From Antedon mediterranea (lineage: Eukaryota; Animalia; Echinodermata), in NCBI RefSeq assembly GCF_964355755.1, contig NC_092671.1, forward strand, positions 8,122,001 through 8,186,000: a DNA stretch of 64,000 nucleotides, in the 5' to 3' direction. The position numbers and the translations under genes were made by a program. The notes below the pieces were generated by a model. The model worked only from the letters and a program-made list of their open reading frames with translations, had not been told where the DNA came from and did not search any database. This document shows, in pieces, positions 1 to 14,600 of the stretch; position 1 is the first letter of the stretch; each line of letters opens with the position of its first letter.

Positions 1-2837
1 AATATCGGTTGGAAGAAGCATATAACGTGCCATTTAATGTGATTGATTTCATTTTGATTGCGGTATGTTTGTAAGTGGTTATTTTCTATTGGTTACGGTT
101 CAGTGAGTAAAAATTCAAAACAAAGAAGAGTACGTACCGGGTGGGCTGGTTCAATATGATACTAATTTATGAATTATTAAACATATCTTATGCAAAGTTG
201 GACGGATATTTTACGTACTTATCTGCGACCTGAATATGACGAAATATGACCGAAAATTTCCGAACGTCTAAAAAGACAATTATTTCGTTTCTGCTGCCAA
301 TCCCAAATATACCGTATAATATACCGTATATAGACAACAAATTATTTGTTACAACGGCTAATAGATAAAGTGCGTAGCGTTCTTTTCACACACAGCAAAC
401 AAACGGTAGGAATGGCTGTTCAAATTACTGGTTGCAAAGTTTGTTCGACCCTTCTTATATTATGTATTGCTGCTTAGCTCAATATCATACACTATAAAAT
501 ATGGAATTTGCAATTAATAAACAATTTTACTTGTTAGAAATTACAAAATAAACAATTGTAATATTTGTCAGTGTACCACTCGTTTATTCAAGAACATCCT
601 AACTATTTCCATATGAACAGCATGTAAGCGAACTTTCTTTTATACGTATCTGTAGAATAATAATATTCACGTGCGTACACCAAGTTTTCGATAACCAGCT
701 GCGCTTATGTGAATTGAACAAATATTAATTGGTCGTGTTTCTACGGTCAGACAGCGGAGTTTATGATGATTAAATTGTACGCGAAGTTCATGGGTAACAC
801 ATGTGTATAATTTTTAATTAAACGTACATCGATTGTATGTCTGACTGGGGTTAATTAGGGACGTTTTGGGTATAGTTCAAATACAGTCTTCGGGTCTTCA
901 TTAAAAAAACTGAATATATATTTTATAAATAAATTACTGTATTAACTGAATTTTTAAATCGTTACTCTCTGTTTAATTTTATTGATATGTTATCCATTTT
1001 AACTCATTAGTATAGATTGAAATCTTGTTCAATTATAATAGAATTTAATTTTGACCAAATAAATGACTGAATGAATGAATACAAAATTATTATAGTGAAG
1101 AAAATAATTATTTTGAAAACAAGGGAATGTGACAGTCTTTGATAATGTATATTGTTTGAAACAAACTATGAATGGGTTTACTGAAATAGCCATTACATAC
1201 GATTATAATGGATAATAATAGACATGGGTTTTGTGTGACATAACTTTGGCAACTATTTATAAATAATTAATAAGTCATATAACCATATTTTGCCATATTG
1301 GTAATGAGAGAATTATGGAAAATTATGGTATTTTAATCGTGTATTTATTAAAATACCAGCAACCTAAACAAATTCGGAATAAATTGTATAACCGTATTGA
1401 AGACTAGATCAAATAATTAAACCTGTTATCGGTATGTATTTAATTATCTGAAATATTAAATTATCAATTTATCTAATGTGAACAATGATGCAAAATCAAA
1501 TATTAAATTAAATTATTAATTAATCGTTTTAAATACAATCTTCGTTTCGTTAGATTAGCTGTGTAACGTTAACTAATATGATTCAACTATGGAATCATTA
1601 ATGTGTAAAATTAGGTAATGTGTAATGTACAATAGATGGTGGTGGGGGACGACAAAAACGACGACGATGACGACGAAGATGAGAAAAAAATCATAATCAA
1701 GCTACTCATACAGGAAATTGCTTATAAATTGCATATAAAAACTATTTGCAGTAACACCCACATCAAAATTCCGATTCTCATTTTAAGCAAAAAAAATAGT
1801 TTCAAGCAAAATATTTCTTAAAAAAAGTAAATTATTACTTGTCCGTATTTCAAGACTTTTTTACTTACCAAGAATGGCAAAAATTTTACCAAGAACCGCA
1901 GACATAAAAAAAATTCTTTATCTTTTGATTCGTTTTACTAGATACTAGAAACGGAGTTTTTAAACTTTATACTTAGAGTTAAAAGAAATGAAAAAAAAGC
2001 TGAACTTTCTCTGACAAAATGAGTGTTATATTCAAATACGATAGTATTTTAAGGCCATCACAATTAATAACGAAAGGATACCAACACAATTTGAAATACC
2101 TGAAATATAATGATAAGATATTTCCAATCTCCCATTTCTAATAATCGTCTTTCAATGACACTCTGACATATATATAAATTGTAAAAATACTCGATTATGA
2201 AGAAAATTATACCAATTTTTAATATTAAAAGTGACGATTAAGGAACCGATTAAGTGTATGTGGACTTCAATTGTACCCCGGAAAGTACTATTAACGGAAT
2301 GAAACTTATATAAGTAGCGATGCTTTTGTTTGCTAAATGAAGCCTACCAAGTATTAAGCGGAGAATGGGCATTCTGATGTGAAGATGACAATAATTACAG
2401 TTTTTATTCATATTGGAAAAAGTGGTATAAATTACTTCATTAATGTCCAGATAATTGTCTTCGTACTTATTTCCACCCATCAGTTACAATATTAAGTGGC
2501 GATGGAGTGATGGAATTTTTATTAATGACGTTTGTTTATACATTTATAATATTACTAATTAAAGTAGTTACGAAAATACGATCGTTCAACGCAAGTGAAT
2601 ATTCATGGTATTTTATGAATACGGCATATTATATGGAAATTTGTATAGGCTTACTAGGTCTTTATCATTTAGGGATTTTTTTTTCTATCAAAGAAATATA
2701 TAAAGAGTATTTTCTAAGACTCAATTGAACGTGAAAAAGAAAAAGTTATTTACTTTTTCTTTAGCATTGTCAAAAATTACAGGACATTAAAATATGTATC
2801 TAAAATAAATTACAATGACCACCATAACTATCACCAT

Positions 2838-4080
2838 ACATTCTCATCATTTATGATCATGAACATTCTCATCATTTATGATCATTAACATTCTCATCAT
2901 TTATGATCATGAACATTCTCATCATTTATGATCATGAACATTCTCATCATTTATGATCATGAACATTCTCATCATTTATGATCATTGACATTCTCATCAT
3001 TTATGATCATGAACATTCTCATCATTTATGATCATGAAAATTCTCATCATTTATGATCATGAACATTCTCATCATTTCTTGTTTTCCTATATGTATTCAG
3101 ATTTTGTAAATAAATGTCTATTGAATTGAATTGAATTGAATCCTTTATTTTATCATCAACATTCACATAATTTATTATTATCAAAATTCTCATCATTTAA
3201 TATCATCAACATTCTCATCATTTAATATCATCAACATTCTCATCATTTATTATTATCAACATTCTCATCATTTATGATCATAAACATTCTCATCATTTAT
3301 TATCATCATCATTTTCATCATTTATTCTCATCAACAATTTCATCATTTATGATCATCAACATTCTCATCATTTATCATCAGCAACATTCTCGTCATTTAT
3401 CATCATCATCATTCTCATCATTTATCATCATGAACAATCTCAACATTTATGATCATCAAAATTCTCATCGTTTATTATCATCAACATTCTCATCATTCAT
3501 TATCATTAACATTTTCATCATTTATAATCATCAACATTCTCATCATTTATAATCATCAACATTTTCATCAGTTATTATCATCAACAATTTCATCATTTAT
3601 GATCATCAACATTCTCATCATTTATCATCATGAACAATCTCATCATTTATGATCATCGACATTCTCATCATTTATTATCATCAACATTCTCATCATTCAT
3701 TATCATTAACATTTTTATCATTTATAATCATCAACATTCTCATCATTAATAATCATCAACAATCCCATCATTTATCATCATGAACATTCTTATCATTTAT
3801 CATCATGAACATTCTAATTATTTATTATCATCAACATTCTAATTATTTATTATCATCAACATTCTCATCATTTATTATCATCAACATTCACATAATTTAA
3901 TGTTATCAACTTTTTCATCATTTAATATCATCAACATTCTCATCATTTAATATCATCAACATTCTCATCATTTATTATTATCAACATTCTCATCATTTAT
4001 GATCATAAACATTCTCATCATTTATCATCATCAACGTTTTCATCATTTATTATTATCAACACTCATTTATTTATTATCAC
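2838..4080. repeat. 25/28-bp minisatellite (AACATTCTCATCATTTATGATCATG)n
   Basis: About 9 near-perfect 25-bp units at 2838-3077, then degenerate 25/28-bp units from ~3150 to 4080. Confidence 0.95.
3078..3142 (+). mobile_element. Probable LINE 3' end with (ATTGA)n tail, interrupting the minisatellite
   Basis: T-rich stretch, AATAAATGTCT, then ATTGAATTGAATTGAATTGAA. A short-repeat tail is typical of non-LTR retroelement 3' ends. Confidence 0.4.
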
Positions 4081-5645
4081 CACTATGACTCTTATCCATT
4101 TTTCACATTTTATTAAATTAATATTTTAGAATTGTACCAATATTTTAGATGAAGAGTTCATTGAATTTACTAATTATTACATAGCTTGAACAAAAGTGTA
4201 AGAAATATTAAAAAGGACGTATAGCTATATGCATAATGTTTTACGGTCTGTTACTACAATATTTTAAATAGGGAACGTTATAGGCTTGAATAACAGAAGC
4301 TAGATTAACCTATAAAGCCGGGCTCCCGATCACATTATAATAATATAAACATTTAAATTAAAGGAAAAAATAGTCGACATCTCTAGGCCTACAGGTTACA
4401 ATTGAAAAATAATTAATTTCAATAATGTTATATCCAATCTAATCATTCTCGAGCACAAATACATATAAAACAACCACAGAATAGAATAAAATTCGTGCTA
4501 TACAAAGTTGAACGAAATATCAGAACTTCATCCTCCAAATTAAAAACATAAATTTACAAATTGGCTATACTAAAACTGATTGTTATTGAAAACCATGTAC
4601 TTATCATAACAATAAACTATCTCAGAGTATTAAGCCCATTGCTATCTAATTAAGAGTATTACTGTATTGTTATCAACATTTCTTTAGAATTGCTTTGTAA
4701 ATACTAAATTAGTAACTGGTTTCATTGATGTCATTAATAAACTTTAGTAGAATTTAGGTAATTAGATCGCTTTATATTGCACTATGAAATAGGCTTGAAT
4801 AAATCGCTTGTAACGAGTTCCACATATAATTTCATTTTATTATTTTTCCATTAATACAATGAAGTTATTAAAAATGAGCATCATGATCGTCTTACACGAA
4901 TTAGGAACTAAACGAAATAATAATAACAATTATCACTTTCTTTATATTTCACTATCTTAATGATGTTAAAAACACAAACAATAACAATAACCACAATTAT
5001 TGATACTAAATGCTGTCAGCCATTTTTAATTTGTTTATCTTTATAATGATTATGATGATAAATTACACGGTAATATGAAATAGGAAATCGTATAAAGACG
5101 ATTGTTAATAGTATTGTATGTATGTCTACATTATTTAGAAAAGCGATACATTAGCTGGAATAATATGAGCAAACCGATATTGTTCCAAATCATCATTATA
5201 GTTGATCCGTATTAGCCAATGGTAAATGAACATTGTGATCAATCATAAATTGTTTTTTTAAACAATTTCTAAGAGGTCAAATCATCCCGTCGAAATGTCT
5301 ACCAATTGAAGAAGTTTATTTCGATTATTAATCAAGTTTTGTTATGGTTTGGTTAATAACTTTTTACTCTTGTGTTTTTCTTTGATACCATTCAATAGAG
5401 GGCGGGCATTGGTTAACATTATCAGAGGCGTACGTGTAGTATTTTATGAAGACAAATATCTGGTAGTAGCGTGTAAAATAACATTTTGTAACGAATACAA
5501 ATGATGGATACATTTAGATGGATTTAACTATAACGTTTTACATTAAGTGCCTAGAATTCAATTAATATCAAGAAGTGATAAAATACACTTAATTCTATAA
5601 CAAATAGAAATGTGTTGTAATACAATATTGTGTACATGTATGTGG

Positions 5646-5766
5646 CGGGCGTTTATTCAAGGAAATAAAATAAACGCCCGGGGCATTTATTCGCGATGAC
5701 GTTCTATGGGGAGGCGGTGGTGGAGCGTTTATTCAAGGGGAGGCGTTTATTCGAATAAATACGGTA
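5646..5766. mobile_element. Partial Tc1/mariner-like MITE, right end ...AAATACGG|TA
   Basis: Repeated GGCGTTTATTC subterminal motifs (one inverted, AATAAACGCCCG), ending in AATAAATACGGTA. No left end is visible. Confidence 0.5.
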
Positions 5767-8700
5767 ATTATACTAATAACAAGAGGTGGACCGACTAGTT
5801 TACCTCTGAAAGGTAGGCTAGGAAATGCATATCGATATCCTAATTAAAATATTAAACAGAAAAGTTATCTAAAATTGATAGGCTTGATCTAACCACCCCT
5901 TTATAACATGCATCTGTACAACAGTAATAGACACACACGATACACATCAAACATATTAGTTTGTCGCCCTCTTCAGGAAATAAACTTTTTTTCTCAACTG
6001 TAAACAATAAAAAGCGCCCTCTCTTTAGTGGAGTATGGAAACGTTTCAATTATATTGATAAGTTATCGTTAAATAATATTAATAGTTTAAAGGGTTGAAT
6101 GACGAATAAACATTTGATTTTTAAAAAAGGAAATAAAATAACGTTGAGAATGTCTCGAAAGGTTTCGGTGGTTATTGCTACAACCGTCTTCTGGGATAAA
6201 TTATTATAACACTCATGTAAATTAAATAGATATATAATACTATTTAACATGTGTATTTTCAGGATTATGTAACTAAGATCAATTCAATTTAGTTATTGCA
6301 ATTTAGTTTAGGTATGTCAGATTAAAAATTAGATGAAGATATTGTTTACGACAATAAAAAAAATATACAAGGCTACAAGAAACTAAAAAAAAAAAAAACA
6401 CAACAAAATATTTTCCCGTAAAGAAAAAGGAAACAACACAAAATGACGACAATAACATATTTAGTACGTAATCTTATTATTGATAAAATCGTATTGTTTT
6501 AGTTGATAAACGAGGCCAGACTATATAACCACAAGACCCCCAGACCGAAAGTAAAATCCAGATGAGAGTTATCTCAAATTCAATTGCGAACAGGCTAGAG
6601 ACAAAATCATAGCTCCAAGTCGTTTCATTGACCTTAATATTTACAAAATATAAAATTCATAGAGTTGTACATGTAGTTAAGTTGGTCTAAAGGTCATATA
6701 CTCTGCTTGTTCATTAATCATGCCATTCATTTGCTGCGTCAATCCTAATCCACTTAAGCCCCAGGTAACTGGTGAGATTTGAAAGGTTGTGGCCGTTACA
6801 GGCCCAGGCTCAACCGTTACCACATGGTGTCCGTACCACGCCAAGTACTCGATAAATCCATCGAAAACACCTTTAGAAAGGTGTATACAAAAATATTAGT
6901 CTATCGTGGCTCCGTTAAACAAGAACAACGAACAGCAGAAAAGCAACAAAATATATACTTCCTCGCCGTATAGAAAGTATAATGTCCAAAATCATCAAAA
7001 TATAGGCCTAGGTATTTTAAAACTGTATAAAAAATACTTGTAAGATTAAGTACTATCTATCACAGCTTGGAATAATAATACATGTAATAATTGTAAATAA
7101 TTATTTTAACTTAATGCTTCTTCTGTAGTCGTTCATCCAATGGAGTCTTCTGAAGTCTAGCGAAGTGCAGATACAAGATCGTTATTCCACAAAATGAACA
7201 ACGTATTTCTCATTCATTTAAGGCCTATGTTTACATTAATTGATTGATTGACAACATTTTTGTGTATCCATTTTAAACAAACAATAAAATAATTCCGAAA
7301 ATCGATAGGACGATGATGTAATCGATACTATATAGATTGATTATTATCATTATGTTCCTGATTATGTATACACGCTACAAAGGCTAATAGCTGGAAATGT
7401 GACGAAAAGCCTACGAGACGGGACTAAAGTAAACGAGTTCCGTTGTCAATTAGTAGTTGCTTGTCTCCAGGTAGCCATTTTTACCGGTTTCTTTTACCCA
7501 TCATGGTTGTGAAGTGATATTCTCAAAAATAAAATAAAATTGCACTCAATGTTCAATTTAATAGTTTATATATTTCATTAAAATGTGACACAAAACAAAA
7601 AATGTTTTGAGGCCTTATCAATACATTCTGTTATCAAAACTTTAACATTACCAATACAACAGTACATATCAGGAACTAAACAATTTCATAATAACGATTT
7701 ACATTATCGGTAAAAAAATGGAAAGAATACAGGTCACTCTGGTAAGATAGGGCGATTATGCAACGGTGTATCGTTTTATAATAGACCGATCACTCTTTGC
7801 CTGATTGTGTAGAATTGTCACTAAAATGCCAAGTTTACGAAAGGTGATAAGGAAGAAGTTCCTATAAAATAGGTTGAATGTTTTGAAATGTCTAATATGT
7901 ATAAGGCCTGAATTAAACTTTATTAATCTTAACATATTCATACAAGTTTCTTAGTTTTGCCAGGAAAGAGGGAAGAGTGTAATTTCACTCTTCACTTCTC
8001 TTCACTCTTCACTACATTGTAGTACAATATTAACAATATAATTTGGCGTTTGAGTTAAAATGTTAATTAATGTTAACATTATTTCCCACTTCAAAAATAT
8101 AGCAGGTTTTTTTTTGCCTACAAATATCGACCGACAAAATTAGTAAACATTTCTTTAAAATAACCTAAACTTTTATGTGTTATTGTTGATGAAAAATTAC
8201 TATTAAGGCGAGAAAAAAATGACATATCCCGATTAACAAAAGAACCGCCGTTATCGAAATCCCACCGACAGGGTATTAAAACCTTTGTCTTTGAATAAAT
8301 TTACCTGGTGTGAGTCTCGCTTCGTGTTGATCACCATGTCGTATGAACTAGCATATCACACTGTAACGACAAATTGATGATGCGTCGTTTATTTCAGCTC
8401 AAACCAGGCCGATCATATCCGTGTTCTATACATATTTATTGCAAGTTTAAACATCAAGTTCTACAAAAACTGTCGGTGAATCAAAACTCGATAACGAATA
8501 CGATTATCGTAGACACGTTCATTAATACCCATTAATCGTTTAATTTGATGGTGACACTTTAGGTCGTTCTACTGCCGATTTATCACGTCCGATTTATTTT
8601 TCCTAAAAAACTTTTTAATACCAAAAGAAGAAAAACTAGGCTTATAAGATAAAAATACTATTTACAAAAAACAATATACATGCCTAATACTAAATGTGGT

Positions 8701-11276
8701 TTGGTAATATGTATTAAAACTGTGTTAACTAATTGTCAATAGCTTTTACGATGTGGTTACTTACTGTTATATAATCCGTTTAGAGGTAATGATCCCTAAT
8801 ATGGTAATTTATCGGACCATTAAAAACAATTCAAAGTCACTTTATCTTCCATAAAGCAAAAGTGCACATTTCTTCTTATCAGAACTACGGAAATAATGCC
8901 GATTTACCATTAAAAAAAACAAATCTGAAAAATTAACTGAGCTCGATATTGAGGATTATCTTTCTATGATGTACTAACTTTTGTTTTTATCGAAAGGTTT
9001 AACATATTGCTTCTATAGGATGGACAACCATGTATGCAGCATTATGTAAATTCCCCTTAGTAAAACTTTGGCTTGTTGAACATATGTTATTCTGGTTCCT
9101 CTAAGTTTGTCCCTGCCTTATTTATTTTTATTTGTTTTTGGACTTTTTAAACATTAATTATTGTTTTTTTTTTTGTTATTTGTAATTTTGCTTGCACTAG
9201 AAAGATGTTTAGGCCTATAACAATTATACTAATCAGAAAATTATTATTATTAAGATTTTCTTTTGAGTCTAGAAGTGAATTTATCCATTTTCTACAATCC
9301 GCCATGATACTGGTAATATCTGTTCAGTATAAATAATGTTATAAATGAATTATGAATAATAATAATAAAATTGCGAAGAAAAATTCCATGAATGTTTATT
9401 CTAAGAATGATTACACTTTAGGAATATATTTTAGTCCATTTGACCAGCTATGAGCATAGGTCTAATTAACACAGATGATAATGTTGCGACATAAAATAAA
9501 TCTAATTTACCAAATTTACTTAACTTTACTTTTGCATTCAAAGCACATTCTTTTTTCAAATAAAAAAGAAATGCCAATTACGCAAATCACATTGTGGTCA
9601 GTCATGATTTAAGCAAGAGTGAACTTAGCTTGACCGTCGTACAGTCTAAACAGATTGAGAGTGAGTACTCTGCAATCATATAAATAAAAATTCAGATAAT
9701 CATTCAGTAGCCATTTACTTTTGATTGGGGATTACAACAGTGTTCATTGTCTTTATACCAATATACAAATTACAGGAGTTTCTCTTGCTGTATTTTGAGA
9801 TTTTGATATAGAGTAAGTAGCACCTTTATTTTTATTTATTGATTTAAGACATTAGGACACTTTTTCAGTTTTACGTTAAGTAAAAATTGCAAAGGAAAAT
9901 TGAAACAAGTAGTATTGGTATCAAATTTAATTATGCTTTTTTTAAACATGAAGCTGTTTTAACACATCCTTATTTGAACAAGTTCACTGAATGAAATTAT
10001 TATTGTTGCTACCTTAAATACGAATACAGACATGTTAATGTTTTTTTAAGGAAAGATCTCACATATTTAACTAAGATTTTACAACTGATGTACCGTATAT
10101 AGCTATAAAAGTCGTGTGCAATATGGAATATGTTTTGGACCAAATCTGGCACCGTATCACAGCGAAGTGGCTTTGAAGTAGCATCTTATCTATAAACAAT
10201 ATGTTTATGTAGGCCTAGGTTGCGACTTATTGTTACCTACAACCCAAATAAACATGGATACCAATCTTCAGCAAGAAAGTAAACACTCATAATTGTCTTT
10301 TCTGATGAGCGAGTAGAGAATATGCAGAGGTTTGTTAGCCATGCTTTTTCTGACAGGCGACGACTGGTACCGTGAGAATTTGCCCGAGGTTCGTCTCCAT
10401 AAGGCATAACTAACTCCTGATTTTGTCTTATCACCTATTCTAGCCTGTTGGGAGTATTGCAACCAAAACAGTTGTTGTCGATCGGCGTCTAAGGTTTTTA
10501 AAAGTTTTCTTTAATAACAATAATGTTGGTCTAATGTTTCTCTCGTGTATCAAAGAATCATTTATTTGATAGTTAAAAAATAACAAGACATAAATAAAGC
10601 ACTACGGAAATTAAGGGTAGTAAGGCCTTTGAAGGGATACGGCATTAAAAAATATTGTATTGAACTTTTAAAATGATATTTCAAATTTTAGTTTACAGTG
10701 AATATGTGAATATTCTAATACCGTAATTCAAAAGATAAATAACAAGAATATCAAAAACTAATACTATTCTTTGAACCTAAATATTTATTGAATATTTTCA
10801 ATTGGCCTGCTATCTTAATTGCCTCAAACTACCACAAAATTAAGAATGGTCGTATTTGTAAAATATGGTCATAAAAGTGTTTTTATCGCGTTTTGTTTAT
10901 ATTCTGCAATAAGCTACATTGTGTTTTTCCAAATCACAAGGTTTATAATGGTACCTAAATACAATTATAATATGAAAAGTTAGATTTTAGATACACATAT
11001 ATGGTCTCATGACTTTCGTGCAAAATAGAGAGATTGACAATTCGTTGAAAATATGTTTGCATTGAAAGATCTGGACAAAAGAAAATTTTCATAAACAAAC
11101 TTTTCGGTTTCGTTTGATTCGACATTTGTATACGGCTATTTAACACGTCCTTATACATTACAATAATTCGTTTAATTAACAATTTTCTAAAATTAATTAC
11201 AAATAGCCTAATATGTACGGTGTTGTTGTGTATAGCCGATTTCGACAAATACAGAGATTTACTATACGCACATCTA

Positions 11277-11300
11277 ATTGGTCTACATATTGGTCACGTG
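11277..11300 (+). promoter_or_regulatory. Hox3 proximal CCAAT (NF-Y) + E-box (USF-type GTCACGTG) module
   Basis: ATTGG at 11277-11281 and 11289-11293, and GGTCACGTG at 11292-11300, about 70 nt upstream of the ATG. Confidence 0.6.
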
Positions 11301-11372
11301 GTGTTATGATTCCTAACTACATGAACGAGGGATGCCCAAGATTTGTCAGATGGAAATAAATTTTATCGAGAA

Positions 11373-11694
11373 ATGACGATGCAAAGAGGTATTTTTGACA
11401 GTTCGCAGATTTACAGTGAATACTACAGTAATGGTGGTTTTGGTTTTAGTAATTCGCAATTTTATTATGATCAAATCAACTCAAACAGTTATCAAAACGT
11501 GCAAGCAGACGACTCACCGGTTGGCGCCTCCGCCTTTAATGGCCAAGAATCGCAGCATCCAACTCCAACGACATGTGGAAGCGACCAGGCTTTGACATCT
11601 AAAAACTTATCAATCTTGCCAAAAACTATTTATCCATGGATGGTAGAATCCCGCCAAAATTCAAAACAAAAACCGACAGAACCCGAACCCCTTG
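11373..11694 (+). CDS. Hox3: Hox3 coding exon 1 (N-terminus and hexapeptide)
   Basis: ATG 11373 (alternative ATG 11379). Reads MTMQRGIFDSSQIYSEYY, resembling the PG3 N-terminus MQKxxYYDSSxxYGGY, and ends in PKTIYPWMVESRQNSKQK, the PG3 hexapeptide context (vertebrate IFPWMKESRQNxKQK). Phase-1 donor CTTG|GTAAGT at 11694/11695. Confidence 0.95.
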
Positions 11695-14600
11695 GTAAGT
11701 ATATGATTAGCAACTAAGTTTTATATTCATTGTTTTCTTCAGTGAAGAAATATTTAACATACCTTGTAGGCCTAAGCAGAACCAAACTTTCGACGCGATG
11801 AAAGGACCTGCCAGTACGCGGTTTGCCTTTTAATATCAGTTTGTGTGGCAATTAGCACGACGATGATAAGATATAGCGTCAGTTATGATTATATGCAAGT
11901 ACAAGATTGTCGTACACCAGAAACTTTTTTTTCAAATTGAGACGTACTAATTAAGAAATATTTCATTGTTTTCTTTATCAAATGATAGGCTAGTTTTAAT
12001 AACTATTCTAAATTAGTAGGCTATACGTACTTATTTGTAACTGAATAATATAATCTTGATAAACAATTGCCTAAAAAAGCACAACGGTTTGCACTGTAGC
12101 CTATCTTTAAATAATGTTTTCTGTCGTGTTTTTCTACAGTTAAATCAGGGTCTAGTAGTACAGTAGTACTATTAGAGCAGGGAGTTCCTGATTAGAGTAT
12201 GCTACTCATCGTACTTACCTTTAGGCACAATGCGTCAACCATTTGTAAAATGCGGTTAAAATAAATAACTTCTTCAGCTCAAGACAGTTCTTTTTACAGA
12301 CAAATCGTTTATATTATGGCATACAAATAAAACAAAAATGTTTAATATTATTTACCATAAGAAATCCTAAAGAAAAGTCTGTTAATGTTACCATTGTCTC
12401 TTTGGAATAATGATTTCTCTGATCAGATTTAGTTTACTCAGATGCAGTTTTGATCGTATTGCCATATCGCTTGTATACGCACTTTCGTTATACTATATAG
12501 AAACCTATAGATACTATATTCAAAGCATCTATGTCTTGTATATCCAATACATGTGCAATGTTTGTGTAACTATATTGGCCTAGGCACACGGTAAATATAT
12601 ACCATGTAATGAGCGAGTCGTTGATAGGTAGTTTTGATCCTACAGATCCATTCAGAAATGATTTTGTACAATTAGATTATGTAGTTTCTAACCACTTTAA
12701 TAATATACTTTATTTAAAACTTTATTTTACTTTACTAAGGCACTTCGATATAAATTATGGGTTATTGCAACTATCCCAAAGGAGGCCTCCATGGCGCTAC
12801 AAATATCATTGTTTTATTGGAGTGAATCTTTTATGGAACATTTTAGACAGTTTCAATTCAGTAAATTGTATGTGGTTTAAGCACGTTGACAGACTTTAAA
12901 AATTACTGTTTCAACACACCTTGATCGCATCTTATCAACGTAGCATGGTATTAGGCCATAAAGCCTAGGTAGCAGCCTTGGATGAGCCAGATCAGCTAAT
13001 AAACTTGACCCAAGATATATCGTATAAGCCTACCCTAAATGTAATTATGGCGCGCTGGCATAAAAAGAGTGTGCTTTCTGTCAGTCTCTAAACAATATAG
13101 TTTTATTATAAAGTCTGATATGCAGTTTAACACCACTTTCATTAGTAGTACGGTACCGTACTCAAAATGTAACGTTTACCAACAGCAAGGGAATGATCTC
13201 CATTTAGGTGATTATGTTATTGCATAGAACCATGTTATGAATGCTTTAGGCATGGCGAAGATCACGTTGAAAGCTAAGGCCATGGAAATGTTCCGGGACA
13301 AAATTCATCTCTACCCGCTGCGTTTCCATCAGTGCTCCACAAGTTTTAATCCTAGCTCTATAACTACTTACTATATTGGCGATCATCTCAACGACATGAA
13401 CAAAAGGTTGTTCAATTTACGAGTAAATTCAGTTGTAAACAAATTAATTGGCGCTGTGAAAGTTAACACGTTGGATGGGAATACCGAAAAATAACGTTAT
13501 ATATGAGTAATGTAATTTGATTTTAAGTATCAATACAATATGGCATGTTATTAATTCAATTATTTTTCTCTATGCAAAATAATTCTTTTTTTTCATAAAC
13601 TAAACTTGAATATTACTATCATTTCTCTTGCCTGTATTGCTTATTAATAACTATATATTGTTTTACCACTATTTCCACTGTAATTTCCATTCATGGGGAG
13701 GGCCTATTATAATAATACTACACCAGATTGCGAGAACTAGGAAACAATTTGGTAAACTAAATATCAACACAGACATTAAAAATGGCCCTACAGTACTATG
13801 GTACGCCAACATTGACAAATATTTCGTAAAGTGCGACGTGTTTTATTTAGTTTAGGTTCAAGGTAAGGGACAATTACGGTATAGTAATGGACGTCAACAG
13901 GGGTCTAACTGAGGTATTGGTATAATTTGTTTGATCATATACAACCAGCAAAATACTGGCGCTAGGCGATTAATTAACCTAAATTCATTAGAAAGACTTT
14001 TTGACAAAATGGATATCCTTCAGTAAAGCTCAAATGTCAGACAATTTGATGGGTTGTATTTATCAGCTTCCCAGTACAAGATTTGTTAGCCATACATGAT
14101 CAGAATAGAATAGGTCTATACCATGCATGCAATGCAATATTATTCAACCAATCCGAATGTTAATTAAAGGTGCGGTTCTGACATGAAAATGTTTGAATTG
14201 TTATGCCAGAAATGAGGTAGAGTGATAACTTATGATCTAGATAGATAAACGTTATCTTTTTTTTCTGACATGATAATGTGCTGTTGAAACATTTCAGGTG
14301 TTATTAATATTAGTTGGTTCATTCTATTAAAAATTGGTATAATTAATGATTCTAAGCAACCGGGCTCTTGGCTTTGCTATACCGGGTGGACTTTCAAATG
14401 CATTTTTGTTTATAACTATCTTAATAATCGTTACGGAAACTCATATTTTTATGATACTTATACATCCTAACCCCCCCCCCCCCCTCCTGTATAGTTTCAA
14501 TAATGATGATTCAAGAAAATATAGGCCTAGCGTTGAAGCAATCTGAGATAACATGAGAGTAGCTACCAATTGAGAAAATCATGTCAACGCATGAAAACAA

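Noticed and set aside
3274-3652. His/Ser/Ile-rich ORFs
   Set aside because: Translations of the 25/28-bp minisatellite.
1-11270. Hox4 exon or miR-10 family hairpin upstream of Hox3
   Set aside because: No homeobox-coding sequence and no ACCCTGTAG-type mature sequence was seen on either strand by eye.
11343-11372. TTG-initiated N-terminal extension of Hox3
   Set aside because: Artefact of prokaryote-style ORF calling; Hox3 similarity starts at the M-T-M-Q ATGs.
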